Origin: Vicugna vicugna | Lineage: Eukaryota | DNA: 64,000 bases | Assembly (NCBI GenBank): GCA_013265495.1 | Contig: MU058423.1 | Location: 3,673,061-3,737,060 of the forward strand | Direction: 5' to 3' | In this document: positions 26,801 to 41,305 of the stretch, one piece after another | How positions within the stretch are numbered: the stretch's first letter is position 1 | Layout of the letters: every line of letters begins with the position of its first letter | Made by a program: the position numbers and the translations under genes | The notes under the pieces: generated by a model | The model's database searches: none | Told to the model about the DNA's origin: nothing | The model's input: the letters and a program-made list of their open reading frames with translations, nothing else

Positions 26801-28123
26801 TTACTTTCTATACAGAAGCCTCAGGGTTTAAAACACTTCATAATTGAATACGTATTCCTTATTTAATTGAAGTTACACATTCTGTGTCTAAAATAAATTA
26901 AGATAGGGTAATCCTTGTTGATATGAAAGTTTCCTTTCAGTATGTGTTGGTGGGACTTTTGGTACTGATTTTTCTGTATGGGAAAAAAAAGCTTTTTCAT
27001 CTCATCCTGTAAACTTTATAAATTCTCACATGAAAACATGTTTTTGATGGGCTACAAAACTGACTGTGTGTTTTAAAATGTATTACTTTTCTTGACCATT
27101 GAGGAAAACTCTCCTTTCTGCATTGAAATTGGATCTATCATTTGATCCTTTCCCCTTGCTGTTGGTAACATCTCTCCCCCATTAAAAGCATTTTTTAATA
27201 GCAGAGGAATTGTTTCCTTATCATACAAAATTCATGAAACACAAGAGAAAAAGAAAACAGAAAATGAAATAAGATTGTAACAATTGCCATATAAATTTTT
27301 AATAAAAGGTTTATTTAGGCTTCTGAACCTCCTCAAAACTTAGAAAAGGAACAAAGCTTCACATGTAGAACAACATTTATTTCCAATGTTAAACCTCCCA
27401 TCTGTGGACAATCCTTTTCTCTTGGGAGCCTCAGTGAAGGAAACGATTTACTTTTCATGGATGCATCTTGAAAAGAGTGTTCCTTTTGAAACAATTCATT
27501 TGAGAATTATTTGACTTGGATTTTAGTCCTATTATTTTTGTAGCATACGGTACTTTTACAGAAAATTTTTTTCCAGATTGATTTAATTCACCACTGTTAA
27601 TTAGAAAGATTCTTTATAAATTTATAATCCAGTGTTGATTACAAGAAAATAAAATAAAAGATGTGTGGAGAGCTTAAGCAGGGAAGCATCCCTTAATGAG
27701 TGGTGAAAATATTAGCTCATTTGTGATTAGGAAAAAAATAGAAATGATGTAAAAAAAATGAAACATTCTCTTTTAATGTATTAGCAAGTCTGAGTAGATA
27801 TTCTTTCAAACATTGCACTTTTCTTGAAAAAATTATTTTTTTCCTGGATGAATAGAATCCAGTTAATTAAAAGGGCCAAAACTTGTCTTTTTTTTTTTTC
27901 AGAGCCTATAAAATTATTTGTTCTAGCTTTGGCTGTATGGGTGGGAAAGTGCAAGATGGCACAAGAGAGCCCTACCAAAACAGAGGCCATTTCTCTGAGC
28001 CCATCACCCCATCCTTCCCGAAATTCTCTCCTATCTTGATTTCTGAGATACAATGCAACTCGGATATCAAAGGAAAGAAAAAAGTAATGTATTTTTTAGG
28101 CTGCTTGTAGTCAGAAACATTGA

Positions 28124-28378
28124 TTTTTTTTTAAAGTTTATTTACTTATTTTTAAATTTTAAAAATTTTATACAATTTTAAAGGTTACTTTCCATTTACA
28201 GTGTCAGCCATATTCTCTGTGTTGTACAGTACGTCCTTGAACCTCTTACACCCAGCAGTTCGTGCCTCCCACGCCTCCATCCCTGTGGTGCCCCTGCCCC
28301 CCTGCAGTGGTAACCACTAGTTTGTTCTCTATATCTGTGTCTGCTTCTTTTTTTGTTATATTCACTAGCTTCTTATAT
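28124..28378 (-). mobile_element. L1-related 3' end fragment
   Basis: T-rich start followed by TTTTAAAGGTTACTTTCCATTTACAG...GGTAACCACTAGTTTGTTCTCTATATCTGTG, similar to the other L1 tails. Confidence 0.65.
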
Positions 28379-29753
28379 TAAATTCTCTTCTATGGGCTTA
28401 GAATTTGAGAAGGGTTCAGAGAGAGGTACAAACAGGGGAAGGCTATTTCTTGGTGGCAGGTGTCACTCTTCCTAGTAGCACTGTACAAGGCCTCGGAGGG
28501 TAAGGCTATTTGTTCCAGCAGGTGACAATGTGAGAACAACCACAGGAGTCATGGGGACTTGGGAGCAAAGAGAGAACTGAGGGGTTGCTATTACTGAGGG
28601 GTAATAACAGTGAGAGATCAGAAGGTAGTCAGCGTCTTCAGTGTTAGCAGAAAGAGAGGCTTCTCAGGGGATGAATAGGATGCCACTGACCCTGTGGCAA
28701 TTTAACTATATGCGGACACCTTAGAAATCAGGTCTTTTGCTGTTCTCAGCAGGTAAAGGAGAAAGTACAGCCTTGAGATCAAATGTGAAATCAGAGTTCA
28801 AATGTGCCCATGGCCGAAAAGGCAATAGCAGGGGTAGCAAATCCAATTGATACAGTTAAAAAGAGTCTGCTTTACTTTGGATGTGTACACTCATAAATCA
28901 TTAACCACTGAGCAAAGTCAGAGGGAGACTAAACTCTGTGAAGATAAAGATTTTTGTCTGTCTTATTTATCACTGAATCTCTTGCGTTAGAAAAGATGGG
29001 TGAGTAATAAATACTTATTTAATAAATGAGTTAATTGCCGCAGACCAATTTGAAATCCAAGAAGGGAACAAATGGATTCAGACCAGTAAAGTAAATCCCT
29101 AAAGCCAAATTGAGACCTGCCTCCAGCTACCTCTCTATTGTAGATATCCTAATCCCTGGGGAGGCGGGGTTCCAGATCACCGAGACCACACCCACAGGCG
29201 ATCTATGGAACAGGCCTAAATGAATATTTTATGACATGCGTGTAGTTTACCTTTAAGCTACTTTGTGTTTTTTTTGTTTTTTTTTTTTTGCTTCACTGTG
29301 AGTGGTCTCCTGAATCTCACTATTAGTGCCCAGGGAGCCTGCCGTGATGACGCATCTATCACTGGTTCAGCCACTCCCTGTGCTGACTCTTGGCCCCAGC
29401 ATTCCCACCCTAATTCTCACCCAGACTCTCATCTCCTCTCTCCTGCTGTCTTCAGTAAAACTCATTTTGATATTCCTCCATGCTTCCACCTACCCAGTTA
29501 CAAGACCTCAGAGTAGTCTTAACTCTTCCCTCCCTGTTGTTACCACCGAGTTCAGCTGACTCTATAAAATGGTCCACACCATCTCTCAAGTCTTGATCCT
29601 TTTTATCTTATGCCTAATTTGGTGCAATAACGTCTTACCTGATCACCCAGACTCCTAAGCTTATCTTTTCCAGATATACTGTGGCCAGATCTTTCTTTCT
29701 AAATTCACCCTTTGACTATATTTCTCTCCTATTTGAAAATTACCAGTGGTAAC

Positions 29754-29927
29754 GGGGATGGTGTAGCTCAGGTGGTGTGTGTGCTTAGTTTAGCATGCAC
29801 AGGTCCTGGGCTCAATCTGCAGCACCTCTGCTAAAAAAATAATAATAAAATATAAAAATAAACAAATAGACCTAATTACCTCCCCCACCAAAAAAAAAAA
29901 AAAGAGAGAGAGAGAGAGAAAGAGAGA
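29754..29927 (+). mobile_element. tRNA-derived SINE (Vic-1-like) with A/GA tail
   Basis: GGGGATGGTGTAGCTCAGGTGG...GGTCCTGGGCTCAATC...CCTAATTACCTCCCCCACC followed by poly(A) and (GA)n. Imperfect TSD AAAA(T/C)TACCAGTGG on both sides. Confidence 0.85.
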
Positions 29928-30340
29928 AAAACTACCAGTGGCTTCTTGTTACCCCCCATTCTCTCTTGCCTTTGACAGCCTCCATGACCTAGCCCCCTAA
30001 ACAATTCAATATTGCCTCCTGATATGATCCTTCTGATCCAGCCAGCCTGCTTTTTACTCCCGAGTTCTCCAAAAATACTTTGTTTATATTGAACACTGTG
30101 TTTCTGCTCATGTTACTGTTCACTTGTAAAGTCCTTCCTTGCTGAAAGGTTCAGGTCAAGTCTTAACCTCTTCTATAAAGAACTTTTAAATGGTTTCATT
30201 CCTCTTCAATTTTCCACTTTTTGATACATGAACATGCTTACAATCTACATCATGCTTCTTGGTCCTTTTTCACAGGACATTTTGAGATAGAATTTAACTG
30301 TTAAATATGTCTACTCCATCTTCTCCATTATACACGTTTT

Positions 30341-30430
30341 ATTTTATTTTTTAATGGAGGTACTGGGGATTGAACCCAGGATCTCACACACACTAAGCAC
30401 GCCATCTACCACTGAGCCATACCCATTCCC
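30341..30430 (-). mobile_element. tRNA-derived SINE (short Vic-1-like)
   Basis: ATGGAGGTACTGGGGATTGAACCCAGG...CTACCACTGAGCCATACCC. TSD CCATTATACACGTTTT (30325-30340) and CCATTATTCACATTTT (30431-30446). Confidence 0.85.
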
Positions 30431-33400
30431 CCATTATTCACATTTTAGAAAACAGTATGTATTTGTTTCTCTATAGTGTTTTAGTCCTCAGTCTGGTGCT
30501 ATATGAATAAAAAGGAACTCAATAAACATTTATGGACTTGATGAATACAGCTCTGGTTTAATGGAAGGCAGACTCTAACTGGAGTTGCACATATTGGATT
30601 TGCTTCTCAGTTTTGCTGCTCCCCAGTTAAGAGACAATGAGAAAGTCATGAAACCCCACTGGTTCTCAAATTTTACTATTTCGAAGAATCACCTGGATAT
30701 TTCATTCAATGGACATAGAAATTACAGTGTTGCAGGGCAAAATCTGAACAATTGAAAAGCTACCCACCCCTTTAGTTGATAACTGTTGAAACTAGGTGAT
30801 AGGTACATGGGGTTTTAGTAACAATTTCTTCCACTTCTGTAAAGGTTTGAAAATTTTCATAATAAAAAGTAATTATCATCATTATCACCCTGGAGCACTA
30901 GTAAAAAATGCAGAAATTCTGATTTAATGAATTTGTAGATATACCCCATAAATTGTGATTTAGTGGTCTGAGGTAAGGTTTAAGAATCTTGTTTTTTACA
31001 ATTAGGCTGTTGTAAACATTACACTCTCTGAAACCTTTCCCTAACCTGTAAAACTGGGACACAATATCTTCTCCACACTTTTACAGTAAGTGAAATAAGA
31101 CGTGTAAAAGCTTGTAGTTCAGTCCCTGGCTCAAAAATCTGAAGCCCAGTTATGTTTAAAATAACAGGATCCTGCGCCCTTTAAGAAGGACTCCTGCTCT
31201 GACAAATGGCCAACGGTCATTTATAAACCTGAAGATGAATTTAGGCAACCAAGACCAAAAATAAAGAAGAATTTAAAAAGTGAAAGAATCTGATTGCATA
31301 GTACTGACACGTCCTCTCTCTTTTGTGCTCTGCTAAGTGATTTGACCCCTTCTCGGAATGAGCTGCCACCATATTTAATTTAAAGAGCTCAGAGATAACA
31401 AATTGCTAATAACCAGGGTATGTCATGGATGGTCTCACTAGACTGGTGACCAAGCTAATTTTCAACAGCTGGAAGAGCTTCTCTCCCTCACACAAGTCGT
31501 GAATAGTTCAAACATTATGGAGAAAATCGCTGTGAAAAACAAACTACACTGTCTAGGGTCAAGCATGATTTAGGCTTATTAAAAAAGAATTCTGAGGTCT
31601 CTATTAAATATATCTTTTATTTTAATGATACCTTTGTTTATAGTAATTGCTTATTAATAACTAAATAGATAACATTTAACACCACGATTGTGCTAGATGT
31701 TTTATCTTCTTTAGCTCTTTTGGAATAATTTAATTTTTTAATTGAATGGATCATGTCATTTCTGAGTTGTATTTGTCCTCTACCTTCAGTCACCAGTACC
31801 ACCTAAACCTTCACTTCACTCCTCCTTGACTGCTTCTTGTACTCTTCTCCAAATTCTTTAGAGAAAACGGTTTCAGTAGTGTAAAAATCTAGGCAACAGA
31901 AGGTTAAATATACACAGGAACCTTGAGATAATATGAAAACTTTCTGTAGCTTAGGACTAGAGGTAGTATGTCTATAGTAACAGGTCTGAGACCACTCATT
32001 CACTTGTTCATTCGGTAACTATTTAGTGAACTCCTGAGAATTCCCAGATGAACTGGACACTGTTTCCTTAAGGACTTCTCTTCAGACCAATAGAAATAAC
32101 TGTAAGACAAGGCAGAAATGACACCAGTGGGGATGGGTGAGTGGTGGTGGTGGTGGGCAAAGATGAGGTTGTCACTCATTATCAGGGAGGGACTTCCTGA
32201 GGAGGCAGCCTTTTCCTGCGCTTTTGAGAGTCTGATGTAGGCAGAGCGAGATGCTTCAGCCTAGCTGAACCCTCCCTCCCCTTCATCATGTGCACTGGCT
32301 ACAGATCTGGTTTAGGCAAGAGCCACATTCTGTGCCCGTGGAGCCTAGCAAGACTGTCACGGCCGATGTGGGAACTGAGTCCACCGGCAACACGTAAATT
32401 TAACAGCTGCTCTCATTTGCCACAGCGCGTAACTTGAATGAGATGCCAGCTTAGTTTTTAATCCAGCTGCAAATTGACCATTGCTTAGCTCATTCCTGAA
32501 AGATCCTTTAAAAAGTGGAATTCAGGACTTGAATTTTCTCCGGTTTATCCACAGAGTCTGAGAATATTACGGAGAAATTTGGGGTAGCAAATCTGGATGG
32601 AAACACAGATCAGAAAGAGTATCTTTAAACCCATGTCTTCTTTGAATCTGTTTTCCCAAATAGCAAAATATTACCTCTATCTTTAAATGCAGAGAAGTAA
32701 AAAAGGGCAAAGCTGACTTCAAAAATGATTAGATTATTATGTAAAAGATATATGAGTCTTTTCTTCAGTGACACTAGTTTTTGGCTCTTTAGAGATGAGA
32801 AGTGCTTTTTAATCTATAAAGAAACTGTTGCCACTTTCATTTATACTCTTACAGGCATTACAAAAGAACTTTTAATCTCTGAATGTGAGAGAGGTAATGA
32901 AAATGAAAAAGCAATCATTAGGCAGATAGCTGCTATAAAATGTCTGAACCAGATGTGATGGTGAGGAAAGCCCTCTCTGCTCATCCTCATGCCAGTGCCA
33001 GAGACCCACCGGCTTTGGGTCAGCAGAATCTGTCTCCTTTTCCTCTTCCTATAAATTGAACTGGTAGCTTCAGTGGAGGTGTGGGGCCACAGTTACCCAC
33101 CATCCACATGTAGATCACAGCAAGCAGCTCTAAAGAGAAATTTCTGCCAGGCGGTCACAGCTTCCAGGCACTTTCAAATAAGGGACAGATCAAAACGAAA
33201 GGCACTGATAGCCGGCCAGCAGCAAAATCTCATTCACTTTGATTCAAGTAACTCAATTCCCCATCAGTGTGATGGAGAGAGGCTGGGTGACCGCAACCTT
33301 CGTGCTGGTATTGATCACCTGTTCTCCCCCGCGGCCCCGCCCGCAGCAGACCCTCTCCCATTGTGTTGTGAGAAAGCTGAACCATTGGGTGCTCAAGCAG

Positions 33401-35661
33401 GGTAGCTGGGGTGATTAGTGATGATCTAAGATGATGGGGTTTTGCTGTGAATTACCTAGATTACTCAGGATTTTCAACACTTTGGAGTTTTTAATTAACG
33501 CCACCAACTCTTTTTGCTTCATTGAATTGTATCAGCGATAACATTTTGGGGCCCAGGGGAGGGCACCTGGAAAGTTATTCCTGGTTCCTGACATTTAGGG
33601 TGATTAAGGCAACAGAGGGAAAGGGTCATGAATGTGGAAATCTCAGGATTCTAGAAGACAATAGACTTCATTTAGCTGGCCAGTCTTCGAGGCCTGAGGC
33701 AGACCTCAAGAAAAAGGTATTCTGTGCTTGGATGATCTGGCAATCCTTCTAGCTAGGTACCTGTTCTTAAATTTCCTCTAGTTTCAGCCACTGTAAGCAG
33801 TTAACATGAACTATAAAAACACCACCACACAGAAAAATCTGGAGTCTTTATGCCATCTTGCAAATCTTTGTTGTGTAGTGTTAATTTTCACAGAGATTTA
33901 GTATGGAACCCTGTGTTACTTTTGTTCTGTAACCTCATGTAAAAGTCAGAAGAGTGTTTTTGCACTTAGAAAGTGCTAAATATTTTTTAAATGCAGTAGG
34001 TAAATCAGATTTAACATATTGGCAGGGTTTTGTTTGTTTTTATAATGGACAATAATTTCCCATTTTTGGGGGGGGATGATCATTCCTCCGATATTGTGAT
34101 GACATTTAAAATATATAAAAAGTAATTATCCTATTTTCTTCAGACCTACCAATTTCATCCTCTTCTTTTAAAATAATCTGAATCATTACTGTCCTCTCTG
34201 GGCCACTCTCTGTAGACACTTCTTTCTTTCTTCCACCTTAATGCTATACTCTGATCTAAACAGCCCTAAATTTTAGTTGCTGAAAGGGGTCAGTGAGGGG
34301 AGAAAACAAAGCTAACAGAACAAATGAGTTATTTCCTAAATCTAGGAAATTTCTGTAAGAAAAACTTACAAGTTACAGCCAGCAACAAAGCAAGCAATTT
34401 GAAAGAGAAATAATTATTGTGTTTCAACGGATACGATGTTCTCTTAGTGCTGCCAGTGAGCCTCCCTTTTGTGTTTGTGTCCGCGATAAAAACCAGTTTA
34501 TGATTTTACAGGTAACCTAATGCCACAATTACAAAATGGAACCTAAACAATCTACCAAAATACGTGAATGTGAAAATGTCTGTGTGTGCACATGCGGGGG
34601 TTAATAAGGCACATTATGTTTCCATTTCAGTGCTGTTTGGCATTCTCGCATCAGTCCCCAGAAAAGCTGGCTAAACTTTTTATTAAACCATTCCTGTGTT
34701 GTCCTAATGAGTCTGATGATCAAAAATGATACCCACAGGTTTTTTAAAGCACAGCATTTCAAAAATTCGTATCACATTGAAACGTAACACAACACAACAA
34801 AAGAAAACAAAAGGGTTATACCAGAAAAGATTAAACGGAATGCTTAAAATTAAAAAAAAAATTTAATGGAATATTTAAGAATAAAACTAAAGAATTAAAA
34901 CAACATTACTTTACCAAACAGACTTAGATTCTTTTCCTGATGGTTGAATAACAGTAGGGGGAATTTCATTGATGGGAATATTAAAACTGCTTCAGTCATG
35001 AGCTTGCACAGGTGTGGAGCATTTAGAGTTGGCTGTGGATAAAGCCGTCTCGGCGGGAACGGCTCTGTGTAGCTCTCCTGGGAGGCAGAATGGCATCATG
35101 GGTAGATGTGTGGTTCTGGTTTGGATTTTGCCATTAGAACACTTGGGCTCCAGTGCTGGTCCTGCTACTTGCTGGCTCCTTGAGTTTAGGAAGGATAGTT
35201 GAGCTTTCTTGGTCTTCGTTTCCTCATCTATAAAGTGAGGTAAATAACAATACTCACCTCAGGTGACGAGAATCAAAACTGGAAAGTTCCATAGCTAGGT
35301 GTCAGTGCTCGTGGTAAGAGCTCAATAAGTAATGGCTGTTGCTGTCCTTGTCTGATCTCAGGTGTGAAGTAAGAATTTAACTGTGTTACCTTTTCCAGGG
35401 GGTTTCTAATTGTGTGATAATGGATCTCAATTTTTAAAGAAAATTTAAACAAAAATCAGCTGGCTTCTTAGTACTCCTGTATTGTCTTCCCACAGATAAA
35501 GCCAATTGGTCCTGAAGAATTGCTTTATTTTCCCAAGAACATTGTTGGTAGCAGGAATAAATCTGGGTGAAATGTGGCAATGGTAATTGGAACTTTAGCC
35601 TTGCTGCTCTCCTCTCCTGGCATTACTATCATTGTATGGTTTGCATCCTCCTCATCTCATT

Positions 35662-35750
35662 TATCCATCCCTCCATCCCTCCCTCCTCCACCCTTCCCTC
35701 CTCCACTCCTCCCTCCTCCACTCCTCCATCCCTCCCTCCCTCCATCCCCT
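35662..35750 (+). repeat. (CCTC/CCAT)-type low-complexity pyrimidine tract at the tail of an L2 relic
   Basis: Read directly. It is followed by L2-like TAGGTGCTAGACATTGGAGAT. Confidence 0.85.
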
Positions 35751-38300
35751 ATTAGGTGCTAGACATTGGAGATGTGACATGAATCAGATACAATCTCTGT
35801 TCCCAAGGAGCTCACAGGAGGGTCACTGTAGGGGTGCAGGGAAAATGGTGGTAGTGGTGGTGTAAGACACTTAAAAGAAATCATTATTTTACAAGTAACT
35901 TAGTATAATGATTGCAAAACGCATAGAATTTTGTGGAAACAGGAGCACCAAGGACTTCCCACAAAAGTTTCCTTACTTTGGATTTTAATATTCACCGTCA
36001 CAGCATGAAGAGCTCTCTGACAATTTGCTTATACCAACATGCAAATGAAATTTAAATGTTTCATAAATTAGTTGAAGGCCCTTAGTTGCTCCCAGGAATA
36101 CATAGCTATTTAGCTTTTCCCTGTAACTTCGAGCTTCTCAGTCATCTTTAAAACATAATGCGTACGTGAGTCACAGCTGATGTTTGATGTTTGATAATGG
36201 ACTAATGTCTAACCAGAGCTTCAGGGGGTGCAGCATATTTAATATGAACCAGACTCTGGGAAGCCAGTGAGGTGCAATTAACTTGGTGAATTAAACCTTT
36301 GGAGTTTCATTGTGTGTGTGTGTGTGTATGAATCCCCCACAGAGAAAGGGGTAACAATTGTATTTTCATTTATTTGCACATTAGCTTATTAGTCCATCCC
36401 TTGTAACACAAAGATTTACAGTCCAGTTTTTATGCTTCTTTTTATGCAGCTTCTTTGGAAGCTATCTGTGTCATCAATTATCTCGAGTAAATTTCTTTTG
36501 TTAGATGCTAAGTGACATTTTGAGTAAGGGCCATTATTGTCATTGTTGCTGTTCTTATTATCAGGACTTAAACATGTCAGGAGAGAAAAAAAAAAATCCC
36601 GAGAGCCCAGCAAGGTCCTGCTCAGCTGTACCTAAAAATCTTTAAATTAAAATGATTTGGGAGCATTTATTAAACGAATGATGGTTATAGAAATCCCACT
36701 CTATTCTCATCCTATCTTCATGGTGGCTTTCTGGTGTTTATTTTAAAAATAGTATCAAATTACTAGAAACTTAAAGCCTGCATCCCTAATATTTATGCGA
36801 AACCAAACATTTGATTGTAGTTGAAGAAAATTAACCTAAGAGACAGGGAGGCTGGATTTCTGTTTGCAGTATACAGTATTTATGTTTTTGCACTTAAAAT
36901 TCTTTCCTAAACTGATTTATCTTCAATACGCTTCAAAATGATGTACTTCTTTTGTGTCATAAAATAGGAAAGAAATAAGGAATAATAAATTTGGGCTTCT
37001 GAATATTTGGTGGCAGATAGATCTTAGTGCTTTTCCGAAGTTAGGAGTTGAAAGGATAAGAAGAAAAAATAAGGATTGGGGGGCAACACCTTGTAGCAAG
37101 CAGTGAGTTTACTTACACGACTCTCACCTGCTTTACTTCAGTCGTCTGAGACAGTAGCACTGATGCATAACCTAGTGAATTCTCTAATTCTTACTTTTCT
37201 GATGATGGTGTAATTTTGAACATGGAAAAGCCCTACCGTGTGCTATCCATCATTTATTATTGTGTCTTTCCTGCAGCTCAAGGTACTAGAGTGTAGAGCT
37301 GAGACAGAGATCCAAACTGCAGAGCCACGCAATAGAGAAGCAGAGGGCGCCTGGATGCTGGAGGGCGCAGAAAGGTTAATGAGACACACAGGAAGGAGCA
37401 GACCTTCCCTTCCTACGGCCCTGATACCTGGTGAAACCAACACCGGTGTGATTGCTTCCTAATCTCTTCCAACTACCAGGAAGAGAGAGCTGAGAGAGAA
37501 AAAAAGAGGCAACATAGCTCATTCGTTTATTCATTTATTCACTTACTCAACTAATGTTTATTGAGTGCTTGTGCACCAAGTACTGAGATTGATTCTGGGA
37601 ATCTGAAGATGAGTAAGTTATCACTCCTGCCTTCAAGGTGTTTCGGTCTAGCGGGGAGAAACACATTTCAGACAGTAATTAAACTTACTAAGGTAATTAG
37701 AACATTGAGGAGCAGCTTTGAGCAGAAACAGCATAGCTGTGGAGGCCAATAAGATGCAGGCTCTTACTGAGCTTTGTAATCAGGAGCAAGGTATTAGATT
37801 AATGCCTTTGATCTTGGTTGTTTATCTTTGATAGGGGGTGGGGGGAGGGGATTCCTCTAACTCACAGATAATGTATGTAAAGTGGCCAACAGAGGGCATG
37901 GCATTCAGTAAATGGTAGAGCGTGGATGTGCCTCAGTCAGGTGCTCCTGCAGGCCTACAGGGCTGTGGGGCCACGTCACCTGTGAAAAGATGGCCTTCAC
38001 TGGAACGTTGGGGCCCATGGCTGACATGCCACAGACAGAGTCCCTCATCACTCAGCTCATCATTCTTGTCAGTTAGTAAGGATTTAAAGGAAAGGACTGC
38101 AGCTGACAGCTCAAAAAGCCCATTGCCATATTTGTTCTCATCCCGATTTCTGACACTAAGGACTTCCACATGGCTTACCTTTTCCACTGGGCTCCTTGTT
38201 ACTTGAAGGCCCTGCGCTTCCACCAGCCTCATTCTCTTCTAGGCCTTCCGTGTGTTTTCCTCTTGCCCTGCTCTTGGCTTAACTGTATTTGAAAGGTAAT

Positions 38301-39741
38301 TTTTTGTTTTAATCAAAGCATAGTCAGTTTACAATATTGTGTTAATTTCTGGTGTACTGTGCAGTCATACATATATATATACATATTCTTTTTCATTATA
38401 GGTTAATGCAAGATTTGAATATAGTTCCCTGTGCTATACTGTATGAACTTGTTATGTATCTATTTTATTTATAGTAATGTGTGTATCTGCTAATCCCAAA
38501 CTCCTAATTTATACCCCCTGATAACCATAAGTTTGTTTTCAATGTCTGTGAGTCTATTTCTGTTTTGTAAATAAGTTAATTTGTATTATATTTTATATTC
38601 CACATATAAGTGATATCATGTGATATTTGTCTTTGTTTGATTTACTTCACTTAGTAGGATAATCTCTAGGTCCATCCATGTTGCTGCAAATGACGTTATT
38701 TCATTCTTTTTGATGGCTGAGTAGTATTCTATTATATATACACCACATCTTCTTTATCCAGTCATCTTTTGATGGACATTTAGTTTGTTTCCATGTCCTG
38801 GCTATTGTATATAGTGCTGCTATGAACATTAGGGTGCATGTATCTTCTCAAATTATAGTTTTCTCCAGATATATGCCCAGAAGTCAGATTATTGGAATGT
38901 ATGGTAAGTCTATTTTTAGTTTTTTAAGGACTCTCCATACTGTCTTCCATAATGGCTGCACCAAGCTACATTCCCACCAACAGTGTAGGAGGGTTCCCTT
39001 TTCTCCACACCTTTTCCAGCACTTATCGTTTGTGGCCATTTTAATGATGGCCCTTCTGCCCAGGTGAGGTGATACCTCATTATAGTTTTGATTTGCATTC
39101 CTTTGATAATGAGTGATTTTGAGCATTTTTTTCATGTGCCTATTGGACACTTGTATGTCTTCACTGGAGAAATGTTTGTTTAGGTTTTCTGCCCATTTTT
39201 TGATTGGGTTGTTTGCTTTTTATTTTTTATTTTTGGTGGGGGGAGGTAATTAGGTTTATTTATTTAATGGAGGTACTAGGGATTGAACCCATGACCTCCT
39301 GCATGCTAAGCATTTGCTCTACCACTGAGCTATACCCTCCCCCACTGCATTGTTTATTTTTTTATTATTGAGTTGTATGAGCTGTTTGTATATTATGGAG
39401 ATTAAGCCCTTGTCAGTCCCATCATTTGCAAATACTTTTTCCCACTCCACAGGTTGTCTTTTCATTTTGTTTCTAGTTTCCTTTGCTGTGCACAAGCTTA
39501 TAAGTTTAATTAGGTCCCATTGATTATTTTTGCTTTTATTTCTATTATCTTGCCAGAGTGCCCTAGGAGAACATTGTTAAGATTTACATCAGAGAATGTT
39601 TTGTCTGTTTTCTTCCAGGAGGTTTATAGTGGCTTGTCTTACGTTTAAGTCTTTAAGCCATTTAGAGTTGATTTTTGTGTATGGTGGAAGGGAGTGTTCT
39701 AACTTCACTGATTTACATGCAGCTGTCCAGTTTTCCCAACA
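38301..39741 (-). mobile_element. 5'-truncated L1 (about 1.4 kb) with nested SINE
   Basis: L1 3' UTR and ORF2 C-terminal peptides ([31 protein letters not shown]). TSD-like GA(A/G)AGGTAAT at 38291 and 39742. Confidence 0.92.
39217..39343 (-). mobile_element. tRNA-derived SINE (Vic-1-like) inserted in L1 ORF2
   Basis: Reverse complement GGGGGAGGGTATAGCTCAGTGGTAGAGCAAATGCTTAGCATGCAGGAGGTCATGGGTTCAATCCCTAGTACCTCC...CCTAATTACCTCCCCCCACC. L1 sequence resumes on both sides. Confidence 0.88.
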
Positions 39742-39927
39742 GAGAGGTAATATGTTTTGAAGTCATATTTTATATATATGTAACATATGTCATGTATGCA
39801 CTATATATGAATTGCAAAAGGTTAAATCGAATTTATTTGGTCATTGTTGCCTTTTTGTAAACTAAAAGCTATGTTAATGTTTATTGAGCTCTCACTACCT
39901 GTTAGGCACCACACACTATGCATTATA

Positions 39928-40088
39928 CAGGGCTTCTCAGACTTTAATGTAAATATATGTCCCCTGGGGATCTTGTAAAAATGTAAGTTCTGATTCAGTT
40001 GGTCTAGGGGAGGGCCCAAGAGTCTACATTTGTAACAAGCTCCTGAGTGATGCTCTTGGTACATAGACTACATTTTGAAATGGAAGGG
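39928..40088. mobile_element. MER5-like hAT-Charlie relic
   Basis: CAGGGCTTCTCAGACTTT...CCTGGGGATCTTGTAAAAATG...TTCTGATTCAGTTGGTCTAGGG...AACAAGCTCC. Confidence 0.7.
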
Positions 40089-41084
40089 ATTGTATCATTT
40101 GATCCCGATGACAACACTGAGGTGAGGATTATTTTTCCTATTCAACAAATGTGGAAACTGAAGGTTAGAAGAATTAGACCATTCTCCCAGGTTTATGTTG
40201 CTAGAAATTAGCAGTGGTCAGACTCTAAACTCAGTTCTGCCTCCTGATATAGTATGTATTATCTATATACTTTTTCATAAGTGTTCTACCACACACAAGG
40301 GTGATTTGATGCTATCGGAAACAAAATTTATATTTTTGTTAACTATTTCTTCCTTTTACTAATTAAATTTCTCTTTATCCTTGTATTACACGGTGATTCA
40401 GATGTGTTGGATTTTATTTCTAAAGATGACATATAAAACCTAATATGATTTATTTGCTGAAATTAAAGGTTAGGAAACATTGTGCCATTGATGCAATCTG
40501 GTTTGAACACGAGAGGAAGTTGCTGGGGAAGGATGTGTGTGAGGAAAGGAAATCCTCAGACTGATTTATTGTTTAACGCTCAGTGTACACATTGTGATAT
40601 GCTTGCCACAGACTAGTGGAAAAGGCTTGCAGTCCCTGTCCTTAACAGATCAGATACACTTTAAAAAATACCATTTTGGCCTGCTTATAAAATTAATATG
40701 GCTCGTAATATAAAATTTGAGCTACAGGAATGTAATAGTAAAATAAAAAATTATCTAAAATCCTGTCAACTGACTTTACATTTTATTTTTATTTTCAAAA
40801 TATAAAAGAATACATCTCGAAATGGTGACCCAGGACATTTCACAGAAGAGCAAGAGTTTAATATGGTAATATCTTGCCATAAATAATTTAAACACTATTT
40901 TTGGTTTTGAGGGGCAGTGGGAGTAAAAGGGGCAGAGTCAGCAGTCCCCAGAAGATTTAAGAAACGCGAATATGCTGCTCAGCCAGCACTGCAGTTCTGA
41001 GATCAAGTTCCAACTTTCACAGAGGGTCCCAAAGCTTAGCCCAACCCGTGCAACTGAGGACTAACGTTAATTGCTCTCTAACCC

Positions 41085-41305
41085 AGGCTCGCGTCGCCAG
41101 CGCATGCGCAGTGTGGCCGCCGGGACTCCGTGGGCGTTTCGCAGGCCTATTTGTCTCCCGCAGGTTTTTGTGCGGTCAGCAAATGAGCCAGACTGCGACG
41201 CCGACCAGTTCTGAGCGTGAGAGGGGAGAGGGAGACCATCTCTAAGTGAAAAACAGCTCGCGTCGAAATAAGCTCGGGGTGGGAGGCGAGTTTCTGCAGG
41301 CGTCT
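41085..41305. promoter_or_regulatory. Separate upstream CpG cluster with an NRF1-type palindrome GCGCATGCGC (41100-41109)
   Basis: AGCGCATGCGCA at 41099-41110 matches the NRF1 consensus core and lies within a small CpG-retaining patch about 1 kb upstream of the VAV3 ATG. Confidence 0.6.

Noticed and set aside
39268..39343. tRNA-like sequences here and at 20740, 29754, 30355 and 56611 as tRNA genes
   Set aside because: They have A-rich tails, TSDs and diverged stems, so they are SINE heads.
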